A stretch of 47,630 nucleotides of DNA, taken from IMG/VR virus record IMGVR_UViG_3300035394_000017, positions 1-47,630 of that record; one strand, given 5' to 3'. Position 1 is the stretch's first letter; every line of letters begins with the position of its first letter. Both the position numbers and the translations under genes were made by a program. The stretch is from a virus. Its lineage: Duplodnaviria; Caudoviricetes. Of the stretch, positions 31,398 through 39,907 are shown piece by piece. A model generated the notes under the pieces. It had not been told where the DNA came from. It searched no databases and saw only the letters and a program-made list of their open reading frames with translations.

Positions 31398-32699
31398 ATG
31401 GCTGTCAATAAGAAATCAATGCAAGTAAATGGAGTGGTCCTTAAGGGATCCGCCGAAGCTACATCGTATGATAGTCTCGACGGTGTTGACGTTGGTCTTT
31501 TCACCGATACCAGCGGCAACCTTTTGATTCGTGATAAGTGGGTCACCGACGTTCTCGGCAGAAACTCAATAACCCTGAAGGAACTCTACACCAAGTCAAA
31601 GGGCGTCTATTCGAGGCTCAATTCGGCTGGACAGGCTGAACTTCTCTTCAAGGATGACACGGTATCAAGACCTTACTCGCTCAACGAGATAGTAAGCTCA
31701 TGCCAGAACTGGCGCAAGTTCCTCACCAGCGGCTCGTTGTGGTGGGCAGGACGCTCGGAAATAGACCACAGCAGTTGCGCAAACCTTCCGAGAAAGGATG
31801 ATCCGGATGGTCCGTTGCGTGTATGGTCTATTGACCGCTACCTGTCTCAAATAAACAACTTTCAGAAGTGTTCAACAGTAACCCCATTGACATTCTTCGA
31901 TATGACTATTGACAAGAGAACAGGTTCGCCTAAGTGGTGGGATGTTCAGAACCTTGAGATTGTCATGCCACCAACTGACAACTATAAAGCTGCCATCATC
32001 ATGGTCAAGCTGGCATTCGGCTCTTATAATTCTCCGGAACCAATCATGTTCAGACTGTATGATGAGACTGCTGGTGTAGAATTGGTCAGAACAGCCGTTA
32101 CACAGGCTAATGGCGGAAAGCTACTCTACCCTACTTCCCTCTCTTATTTTGGTCCAATGCCAACGAAAACAAGCTCCACGAGGTTCGGAAACATCACGGT
32201 CAAGTCGGATAGCAACTGCGAGGAAGATTGCGGCTGCACCGACATAACATGTGCTGAAACAGACCCATACTGCACAACAAGGGTTAATCAAGCGGCAAGT
32301 CAAACATTCGCCTCCGGTTCTCATCTTATAAAGGTTCAGTTTAGAGTCATAAACTATCATCCAGATCATTGGGAGAGAACATTCGGTATAGAGTTTGATG
32401 ACGGCACCGGATCGTCGGAATATGCAACTACGTCTTCTATAGACGCTCTCGTATTCAATACCTCCCCCGATTCTAAATATACAAGACTACAGGGGTCGGT
32501 TGACTTTTCCGGGGAAACAGAAATAAAGGTAGCATTTGACACTGCCCTAGCCAACACAGCATACGCTGTCAGCCTCTCACCAGACAATAACATCAATTGC
32601 TGGTATACTGCTAAGACTATCAACGGTTTCACCATCAAGTCGGAACTTCCTTTCAGGGGCAAGGTTGACTGGACATTGCTAAACAAGGCTGGAGGATAA
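31398..32699 (+). CDS. Virion structural protein (433 aa), partial paralogue of the 1950-aa protein
   Basis: Shared N-terminal G.L.F.D...SL.E motif, shared FRLYD..AG.EL...SH.I..QF domain, shared C-terminal module. Confidence 0.75.
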   Translation: MAVNKKSMQVNGVVLKGSAEATSYDSLDGVDVGLFTDTSGNLLIRDKWVTDVLGRNSITLKELYTKSKGVYSRLNSAGQAELLFKDDTVSRPYSLNEIVSSCQNWRKFLTSGSLWWAGRSEIDHSSCANLPRKDDPDGPLRVWSIDRYLSQINNFQKCSTVTPLTFFDMTIDKRTGSPKWWDVQNLEIVMPPTDNYKAAIIMVKLAFGSYNSPEPIMFRLYDETAGVELVRTAVTQANGGKLLYPTSLSYFGPMPTKTSSTRFGNITVKSDSNCEEDCGCTDITCAETDPYCTTRVNQAASQTFASGSHLIKVQFRVINYHPDHWERTFGIEFDDGTGSSEYATTSSIDALVFNTSPDSKYTRLQGSVDFSGETEIKVAFDTALANTAYAVSLSPDNNINCWYTAKTINGFTIKSELPFRGKVDWTLLNKAGG

Positions 32700-32700
32700 T

Positions 32701-33081
32701 ATGAAAGACCCGTCATTAGTTGATTCACTGGTAATAGGTAGACAGGAGAATCGCATAGAGAAGCATGTCGATGGTTCTATGATATTCCGCGACGTAAACG
32801 TTCCGGGTGTTAGACTCGTTGACCTATTGGGTGGTAACATAGTCATAGATCCCGGTATCTATGTAGCAGTTGTTGTCGCAGACTGGACATACTCGGCTGG
32901 TCTTTATAGTATTAATATTCCTCATAACTGGAACCTTTGTTATCCAAATATGTTGAATATAGAACTGTATGACGAGAACTACGAGTTGATAACTGTAGAT
33001 ACTGTAAAAGTATTCGCAAACTATGTTACAATAAAGTCAACTCTACCAATAAAGATGTATGTATCACTCAAGAAAATATAA
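32701..33081 (+). CDS. Small tail-associated protein (126 aa)
   Basis: RBS GGAGGA; IPHNWNL...IELYD motif of the kind seen in small phage tail-fibre domains. Confidence 0.75.
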   Translation: MKDPSLVDSLVIGRQENRIEKHVDGSMIFRDVNVPGVRLVDLLGGNIVIDPGIYVAVVVADWTYSAGLYSINIPHNWNLCYPNMLNIELYDENYELITVDTVKVFANYVTIKSTLPIKMYVSLKKI

Positions 33082-33084
33082 TAG

Positions 33085-36000
33085 ATGAGCAATAACTTCC
33101 CATTCAAACTATATCAAGTAAAGAGTAAAGCACCGCAGCAAGCCTTTGTATACATGGGCAAGCCGTTCAAGGATTCTGTCGGTTCAGACTCTTTTTACCC
33201 CCATATGGTTAATAAGAAGTGTGAAGACCTATACCTTTTTACTACCCTCGTTGGTTCTAAGAACATTCAGTTCACCCCATCAAAGCTGATTCCGCCTCTT
33301 GCTGAAGGTAATCCAAAGGTTATAACTGACCCGTTTATTCACATAGACTCAAGATGGTATCATTTCAGATACCCAGGAAGAGAAGATGACATTCCCGAAA
33401 ATCTTCCTCCGAATGACTTTATCAAGACATATACCAAGAAGACTGACGGCGACTACATTGTTGAGTGGCGCAAACTCACCAGCGATGGTTCTGTTCTCAT
33501 CAAAGGTAGCACATTCTCAACTGTTCTATGGAATGGCTCAAAGTATATTTCAGACGCCGCTGCTGGGTATGATGAAGGTCCTACCCATACGAGTACAATA
33601 AACGACGATCTTATTTACCTCAAGACCAGACACTTCATTGAGGTTATCAGAAACACTATAAAGAGCAACAGCCTGTCAATAATATACAAGAAGTATATTG
33701 ACGAGTGCAAGTGGAAGTCAACATTCCTCATGAAGAGATTTAGAGGAAGTTACTGCATCAACGTTGTAGACAATAGCAATAAAGCCATACAGGTAGGTCT
33801 AAAAAATACTCCAACGTGTAATTGCGGATGTGTGACCTGTTGGGAATTGATTGACGATAGTATTATTGAACGCTACTCTCGTATTAAAACGCTTGATAAT
33901 GAATCCGAATACGATTCCTCGAAGGTATCTCTCACATCAAAATGGGAAGAATATAAAGCAGCATTAACAGAAGATGCTGAAGGAATAGAGATGACATGGC
34001 TTGAGCAGTTTGAGTATAACTGGCTTGACAACGTGTGCTATAACAGATATCAGCAATTCCCAATCGTAGTAAAAGACGAGAAGACTGTTGAAGTAAAATT
34101 TAAGAGATATTCCGATAGACAGAACCGTTTCTATGGTATAAGTCCTAAAACATCTACCAGAGAACACCATGCGATGCCTCCCGTAAAGACATCGGACGAC
34201 ATTCCGCACATCTATAGCTATAAGAATACACACTCACTACACCATCCACCATTTACATTTGGCACATCTCAATACGATAGATACGCTACTCGTAAGACAA
34301 AGTTTATAACCATGGGAAGAATTGACGATGGGAAGGAACGTGTTGTAGTTCCCCCAGGAGTCATATTCCGCTCATACAAGGCTATTCCGGGTGTTCTCAG
34401 TCTTTATGAGCTTGATGTTCCTTATAGAAGACCGGATGAGTATCATTTCGCCGTAGATAACTATGGTAACATACTCGGATATAAGAACCTACCATACCCT
34501 GGTCTTCTTCAGGTTGAACATCCAGTAGAATCGTGCAACTTGAACCCGGCTGCCCCGGATGAAGTTAAAGGAACAATTGTAAAGGATGCTTGGCAGTGTT
34601 ACTTTGACAATGACAAAGCAGGTTTCTGTGACGAATCACGCTTGGATGCCATACATAAGCACCGTATAGATAATAAATTCTTCGTTGTCAGTAAAACCCT
34701 CAATCCAGAAGACCATGATGAATTGAAGTCGTGCGAACAGGTATCAACATCGGGTTGGAATATGATATCTGATCTTCAGAGCAATCGCAAGAGCCATGCC
34801 TCAGTTTCAACGAGTTTAGGTGTGGTTGTTGTTGGTGGGTTTGATATACCTACAGAAATACTAATTAGCTGTGAGGTTATGGATACATTTGGAAACTGGT
34901 CATATATAGATAGTCTTAGTGAACGTCGCTACGGTCATACCGCAAGTATGGTTACTGATACTTCTGGCGGTGAATATATTTTCGTTGCCGGTGGATACAA
35001 TGAAGAAAACGGCGTGTTGAAAACCTGTGAACTATACAATGTATCAACTGGAACATGGCAAGCATTGCCAAATATGATTATGCCAAGAATTGGGCATACT
35101 TCAATATTCATCCCATCAACAAATAGTTTGTACGTTATTGGTGGATATAATGGTTTCACGTCTTCCAACTGTCCAGATAAGGAAAAGAACTACTTAAACA
35201 CCGTTGAAGTATTCGACATTTCTCTCGGAACATGGAACCTTCTCGGAAATACTCTATCTTCTGCAAAAGCTTACCATACATCAACTCTCCTTCCGGATGA
35301 TACTATACTTGTTTATGGTGGTTATACTGGAAATGGGTTGGCTACCAAGTATGACATAATAAATGGAATATATGTCAGTAGCTTCTCAATGTCATATGGA
35401 AGACGCGACCATACAGCAACATCATTGCCTTCAGGTGATGTTGTAATAGCTGGCGGATTCAACCAATCTGGAGCTTTGGCAGCGTGTGAAATGTTCCTTT
35501 ATGGATCTAATTTTGTTACTTCAATAGGAAGTATGAATTATGCTAGGGGGAACCACGCAGCGGTATATGCGGGTGGGCTTGTTAAAGTTACTGGTGGATA
35601 TAATCTTATAAACGTATTATCATCTACAGAAAACTACGACTATGGAACTGATATATGGAGTGCGGATGCTAATCTAAACGTTGCTAGATACAAGCATACA
35701 TCTGTAACTGACATAAGCGGAAACAACGTATATGTTATAGATGGTTACGCTGATTCAATCATAAACGAAATAGAAAACGTTAGTGGTGGTGGAACTCACA
35801 CCTATGTAAATATTCACCATTGCCCAATATGGATTGATAAAGATATATTCTGCTCATACTTGGCAACCGAAAATCCAAAGAAGTTCCAAGGAAATTCATA
35901 TGGCAACGATTGCACGGCAATGTCATGCACACCAAGCGGATCGCCAGAAACATCCTCTTCATCGTCATCGACTTACATACCCTCATCATCGTCATCATCG

Positions 36001-36903
36001 TCATCTGACACCAATACAACTGTAATAGTTATTGACGATCCTCTAACTCCGGAGGTTCCAACCGTAACAACTGAAAATTCATCGTCTTCATCTATTATCG
36101 AAACCGATATACCAAGACCATCAGTTGTATACGAAGATGATCTACAGACTAAGAACACTGTTCATGGGTTTGTCGATGAAAATACAGACGGGATATATAC
36201 TTTCACAGTTCCAAACGGTGTCAATAGAATAAAGGTAATGGTTTGGGGCGCAGGCGCAGGCGGTGGGGGATATGCTCATATAGATGTAACCAACGAAGAT
36301 CGCGAACACTCACTCACAAAAGCTTCTGGCGGCGGTGGCGGCGGCGGCGCTCATGTAAGAATGATGAAGGATGTTCTTCCTTCTACAACTTATACCTTCA
36401 CCATTGGTAAAGGTGGAAAGACCGGTCAATCAGTTGTGGTTGATGGTAAGGCTAACTCAAGTGGAACTATTACTTGGTATGATGGCGATGGGAATACCAT
36501 AGCCGAGCCTTCAAGTATAAACGGCGCAAACGGTGAGAATGGTGGAAATTCCTCATTTGGTGGAACTCTTGTGGCATACGGTGGAAAGGCTGGAATTGGA
36601 GCCACTGTTCAGCGTGGAACTGGAATCGCAGGTCGCGGTGGATGGGGTTCATCCGGTGGCTTGACTCCTTCCGTGAAGAGTGGAAACATATACAAGGGTA
36701 TAAATGGAAAAGACGGAGAGTTTATCCACGAGGGTCCAAAGGGACCAGCCCTATTCGGCGGTGCCTCCGGGTTTGCTGAAAGTGCCAGCGGCGGGTCATG
36801 TGCAATTCAGGGCGCTGGACATGGCGGTGATGGTCAGAGAACTAATTCGTTGGCTGCTGTTACCGTTGATGGGCAAGATGGTAGAGTAAGAATAGAATGG
36901 TAA
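33085..36903 (+). CDS. Tail-associated protein with 7-bladed Kelch propeller, poly-Ser linker and C-terminal Gly-rich domain (1272 aa)
   Basis: Seven R..H.....GG...E.Y...W repeats; SSSSSSTYIPSSSSSSSS; YTFTVPNGV..IKVMVWGAGAGGGG...GQDGRVRIEW. Confidence 0.85.
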   Translation: MSNNFPFKLYQVKSKAPQQAFVYMGKPFKDSVGSDSFYPHMVNKKCEDLYLFTTLVGSKNIQFTPSKLIPPLAEGNPKVITDPFIHIDSRWYHFRYPGREDDIPENLPPNDFIKTYTKKTDGDYIVEWRKLTSDGSVLIKGSTFSTVLWNGSKYISDAAAGYDEGPTHTSTINDDLIYLKTRHFIEVIRNTIKSNSLSIIYKKYIDECKWKSTFLMKRFRGSYCINVVDNSNKAIQVGLKNTPTCNCGCVTCWELIDDSIIERYSRIKTLDNESEYDSSKVSLTSKWEEYKAALTEDAEGIEMTWLEQFEYNWLDNVCYNRYQQFPIVVKDEKTVEVKFKRYSDRQNRFYGISPKTSTREHHAMPPVKTSDDIPHIYSYKNTHSLHHPPFTFGTSQYDRYATRKTKFITMGRIDDGKERVVVPPGVIFRSYKAIPGVLSLYELDVPYRRPDEYHFAVDNYGNILGYKNLPYPGLLQVEHPVESCNLNPAAPDEVKGTIVKDAWQCYFDNDKAGFCDESRLDAIHKHRIDNKFFVVSKTLNPEDHDELKSCEQVSTSGWNMISDLQSNRKSHASVSTSLGVVVVGGFDIPTEILISCEVMDTFGNWSYIDSLSERRYGHTASMVTDTSGGEYIFVAGGYNEENGVLKTCELYNVSTGTWQALPNMIMPRIGHTSIFIPSTNSLYVIGGYNGFTSSNCPDKEKNYLNTVEVFDISLGTWNLLGNTLSSAKAYHTSTLLPDDTILVYGGYTGNGLATKYDIINGIYVSSFSMSYGRRDHTATSLPSGDVVIAGGFNQSGALAACEMFLYGSNFVTSIGSMNYARGNHAAVYAGGLVKVTGGYNLINVLSSTENYDYGTDIWSADANLNVARYKHTSVTDISGNNVYVIDGYADSIINEIENVSGGGTHTYVNIHHCPIWIDKDIFCSYLATENPKKFQGNSYGNDCTAMSCTPSGSPETSSSSSSTYIPSSSSSSSSDTNTTVIVIDDPLTPEVPTVTTENSSSSSIIETDIPRPSVVYEDDLQTKNTVHGFVDENTDGIYTFTVPNGVNRIKVMVWGAGAGGGGYAHIDVTNEDREHSLTKASGGGGGGGAHVRMMKDVLPSTTYTFTIGKGGKTGQSVVVDGKANSSGTITWYDGDGNTIAEPSSINGANGENGGNSSFGGTLVAYGGKAGIGATVQRGTGIAGRGGWGSSGGLTPSVKSGNIYKGINGKDGEFIHEGPKGPALFGGASGFAESASGGSCAIQGAGHGGDGQRTNSLAAVTVDGQDGRVRIEW
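34750..35780 (+). repeat. Seven Kelch repeats (protein level)
   Basis: RKSHAS/RYGHTA/RIGHTS/KAYHTS/RRDHTA/RGNHAA/RYKHTS, each followed by a hydrophobic strand and GG (DG in the last). Confidence 0.9.
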
Positions 36904-36923
36904 AATAATAAATAGAGAGATAT

Positions 36924-37904
36924 ATGTCTGATTCAACAGAAGTATTACCATTTACCATATACGAGCCGAGAAACCTCGGTTCTACCAGGGCATACGCATA
37001 TCTTGGAAAAGACGTTTCCGATGGTGTAAAAACGTTTGATAGTTTCGCCGGGGATGAGAGAACATCGGATAACTGCTTTACAGTTCTCATGTTTGCGTCG
37101 ATAATCGGCGGCAAGAGTATTCGCGTAGACCCATGGACTAAGACTGACCCCCATACTTTTATAGACCAACAGTGGTTTGATCTTAGACCATTCAGATACC
37201 TAAAGTCGTGGAGAAATAACTACAATCCACCCGAAGATGTGAAGTTACAAGATTATGTTGACTCACTGGAAGGAGTTGTAGACGAGACTCTTCCATATAA
37301 TAGCTCTATTTTCGAGCGTGGTGAGACATACCTCAATAACTACGACCCTGTGTATTATGTCAGGAGATTGACATCTGACGGGTCTGTTGTTGTAAACGCA
37401 AATAGCGGAAGCTTTTGGTGGGGTGAAAACGCTGGAGAAAACGGTCAAACTGCAAACATCAACCCCGACAATCAGTTACTCCTACAGGCTCATGAATATG
37501 AAGTTAAGTGTACTGGCGGCACCGGCACATCAGTTAGCATATGCCCTATAAAAGAAGTAAGAGTTGATGCCAAACGTAATGGTTTAACATACATCATGCG
37601 TGATTTGGAAGCTGGAAAAGACACAGCCATATTTGAGTATGATAGATGGGTAAACAAAAGAGACGGTTTGGTATTTGAGGATTTGAGCGACTTGATACCG
37701 CAAGGAGTTCATCAAATAGCCCAATTCAAGGAATGTGTTGGGTCTTATAAGTATGGTAAGTTCTGTGATATAAATTCAAGCTCTTCTAGCTCTTCTAGCT
37801 CTAGCTCAAGCTCTAGCTCAAGTAGCTCTTCTAGCTCTAGCTCAAGTAGCTCTTCTAGCTCTAGCTCAAGTAGCTCTTCTAGCTCTAGCTCAAGTAGCTC
37901 TTAG
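36924..37904 (+). CDS. Tail-associated protein, N-terminal part (paralogue of the 33085 N-terminus); frameshifted within the poly-Ser tract
   Basis: Shares PF..Y...A..Y.GK, TDP...ID..W, R.LTSDGSV with 33085; ends in TAG created by a 2-nt deletion in a repeat unit; AATAAATA upstream (36907-36914). Confidence 0.8.
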   Translation: MSDSTEVLPFTIYEPRNLGSTRAYAYLGKDVSDGVKTFDSFAGDERTSDNCFTVLMFASIIGGKSIRVDPWTKTDPHTFIDQQWFDLRPFRYLKSWRNNYNPPEDVKLQDYVDSLEGVVDETLPYNSSIFERGETYLNNYDPVYYVRRLTSDGSVVVNANSGSFWWGENAGENGQTANINPDNQLLLQAHEYEVKCTGGTGTSVSICPIKEVRVDAKRNGLTYIMRDLEAGKDTAIFEYDRWVNKRDGLVFEDLSDLIPQGVHQIAQFKECVGSYKYGKFCDINSSSSSSSSSSSSSSSSSSSSSSSSSSSSSSSSSSSSSSSSSS

Positions 37905-38073
37905 CTCTAGCTCAAGTAGCTCTTCTAGCTCTAGCTCAAGTAGCTCTTCTAGCTCTAGCTCAAGTAGCTCTTCTAGCTCAAGTAGCTCTTCTAGCTCAGA
38001 AAGCTCATCAAGCTCTTCTAGCAGCAATATTATAGTTTCAAGTAGCTCTTCTTCAAGCTCTTCTAGTAGTTCT
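37776..38073 (+). repeat. Poly-Ser-encoding tandem repeat; six 24-bp units AGCTCTTCTAGCTCTAGCTCAAGT, the fourth lacking 2 nt
   Basis: Units start at 37824, 37848, 37872, 37896 (22 bp), 37918 and 37942, with degenerate flanks. Confidence 0.95.
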
Positions 38074-38433
38074 GTTGCAGAAGAAGTGTGGACTTTCCAG
38101 GCTATTGATTACAATCAGTTCCACGGATCCTGTTCACATACTCCTGACTTCTCAGCAATTGACACCGAGTTCACAGCTTCTTCCGCCGCTGCGGCTAGAG
38201 ACGGTTCTTGTCAAGGTAAGGCTAAGATATTTAAGACTAACCCAACCGGACTTACATGTTGTGTAGCAGTAAATCCTGACATATTCGACTCTTCGGCGTT
38301 TAGATTGGAAAGTACACATCCATCAGATCCTTCCGAACCTGTACAAACAGTCATATACATTTATAAGTATGAAGATGGTTGTGACAGTGCCGATGATGGA
38401 ACCTTGACAATAACCGTTCAGAGACTATCATAA
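37903..38433 (+). CDS. C-terminal continuation (+1 frame) of the 36924 gene: more poly-Ser, then a Cys-containing tip domain
   Basis: The frame starting at 37903 is open through SSSS..ESSSSSSSNIIVSSSSSSSSSSSVAEEVWTFQ into the ORF listed at 38086-38433. Confidence 0.75.
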   Translation, partial: SSSSSSSSSSSSSSSSSSSSSSSSSSSSSSSSESSSSSSSSNIIVSSSSSSSSSSSSVAEEVWTFQAIDYNQFHGSCSHTPDFSAIDTEFTASSAAAARDGSCQGKAKIFKTNPTGLTCCVAVNPDIFDSSAFRLESTHPSDPSEPVQTVIYIYKYEDGCDSADDGTLTITVQRLS

Positions 38434-38444
38434 TAGGATAATAC

Positions 38445-39137
38445 ATGTATACTCCAGAAATATCCGGAACATCCTGTGGAACACAAATACCACCACTTAC
38501 TGAGTGGGAGAGAGAGTCATCTTGTCGTTTCGATTACATGTTGGAAACTATGCGCTGCCTCTACTCTAGGTCATTTCAGCCACTTTACTCGGAAACCAAG
38601 TGCCCTTGCGATACTTGCTATGAGCCTAAGATATGGAATAAAATGATTGAGCAGTCAAGTCAATTGAATAAGAGTGTTTTGTGGAACGACATAATAAAGA
38701 GATGGGAACCTGTAGATTTCGACCAAGACTTAACCGAAAATGTTGATGAGGTTAGCGGCTACGAATTTAGATCATACAAAGATATCTACAAGATAGACAT
38801 TGATAAGTATGAAGTTGCATGTGATACGAATTACTGTCAGCCCACCGAAGACTATGACCGCGGCATGGGTTCAATAAAAATGAACTACGGATACAATGTC
38901 ACCGAAGAAAAAGATAACTGCTGCATATGCAACGATATAAAATCACGTTTCGCAGCAGCGGGAACCGAGTATGTTCTGATCCACAACATAGTGGATTACA
39001 TTGATACTGTATTTCCATGCGGCAACCACATGTGGTTGTTATATGACTACTCCAATATAGGGTCGCAGAACGCTATATTGAAGTTTATGGATATATTAGA
39101 CCCAACGCAAACGTTTGAGTGTGCGTTTCAGGGCTGA
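38445..39137 (+). CDS. Cys-rich hypothetical protein, last gene of the structural operon (230 aa)
   Basis: 13 Cys including CPCDTC and CCIC; RBS AGGA; overlaps the convergent gene by 10 nt. Confidence 0.75.
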   Translation: MYTPEISGTSCGTQIPPLTEWERESSCRFDYMLETMRCLYSRSFQPLYSETKCPCDTCYEPKIWNKMIEQSSQLNKSVLWNDIIKRWEPVDFDQDLTENVDEVSGYEFRSYKDIYKIDIDKYEVACDTNYCQPTEDYDRGMGSIKMNYGYNVTEEKDNCCICNDIKSRFAAAGTEYVLIHNIVDYIDTVFPCGNHMWLLYDYSNIGSQNAILKFMDILDPTQTFECAFQG

Positions 39138-39907
39138 TTCTTAGCACCCTTCATAACCGCTTCCAGCTTTCTTTTGAGAAGCGATTGAAGGGTCTGAAGC
39201 TGGTCAGCGAAGTTGTTATACGCATTATCATCACCGGCAGCTTTAGCTTCACGCATCTGCGACTCAATAAACATATATAAAGCTTCAGTCTGATGCTGAC
39301 TGTAAATATCCTTGCTGTGCTTCATCTGCCCTTCCCACTCATTAGCAATAGAGAGCCAATCGCCAATCTCAGCAATACGGAACTTGATTTCCTTCTCAAT
39401 CTTCTTCACCGATATATTGATTTCAAGGATAGCCAAATCCATTCGCTCAATATCGCATTGGATAAGGAACGGGTCATTGTTCGAGTCTGATACTGCTCTG
39501 GCAAGTATTTCCTTAGCCTTCTCCTTCTTGTAGAGAATTTCACGAAGGTTGATATTGGTCTTCTTGTAGTTGAGCATTTCACGCATCAACTCATAGAACT
39601 GAACTTCAGCTTCCTTCTTACACTGCCAATACTTGGCATCTGGCGTTGGGAAGCGAGCATTGGTCAGAACACCAACACACTTATCCATAAATGTTCTGTG
39701 CGCTGGAACATCCGTGTACGTTGAGAGAACAAACGCTTGGGCACGCTCCATGATATTGACTTCATGGGGCGTGACCAAACTCAACTTATTCAACTCGTTC
39801 ATAACCTCAAGGGTCTTATCGACCGACTTGAGGATGAACGGATTCTCTTCCGACTTGACACTTATAGCAGTGTTCAATGGCTCACTGCTTATTATCTGAT
39901 TTTCCAT
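39128..39907 (-). CDS. Hypothetical coiled-coil protein (259 aa)
   Basis: RFPTPDAKYWQC motif followed by long amphipathic helices; coupled to clpP. Confidence 0.8.
   Translation of the reverse strand: MENQIISSEPLNTAISVKSEENPFILKSVDKTLEVMNELNKLSLVTPHEVNIMERAQAFVLSTYTDVPAHRTFMDKCVGVLTNARFPTPDAKYWQCKKEAEVQFYELMREMLNYKKTNINLREILYKKEKAKEILARAVSDSNNDPFLIQCDIERMDLAILEINISVKKIEKEIKFRIAEIGDWLSIANEWEGQMKHSKDIYSQHQTEALYMFIESQMREAKAAGDDNAYNNFADQLQTLQSLLKRKLEAVMKGAKNQP

Noticed and set aside
37902-37904. TAG readthrough or stop-codon recoding
   Set aside because: The same frame continues TAG CTC TAG CTC AAG TAG; the coding sense is in the +1 frame, and all other genes are intact under code 11.
37776-38073. 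Tandem repeat as a CRISPR array
   Set aside because: Units are contiguous with no spacers, encode Ser in frame, and no cas genes are present.
38086-38433. Independent 115-aa gene starting at GTG
   Set aside because: The frame is open upstream through poly-Ser to 37903; better explained as the frameshifted C-terminus of 36924, though an internal start cannot be fully excluded.
12672-39137. Diversity-generating retroelement or invertible tail-fibre cassette
   Set aside because: No reverse transcriptase or invertase, and I saw no near-identical nucleotide repeat pair; the shared modules are similar only at protein level. A self dot-plot would confirm this.
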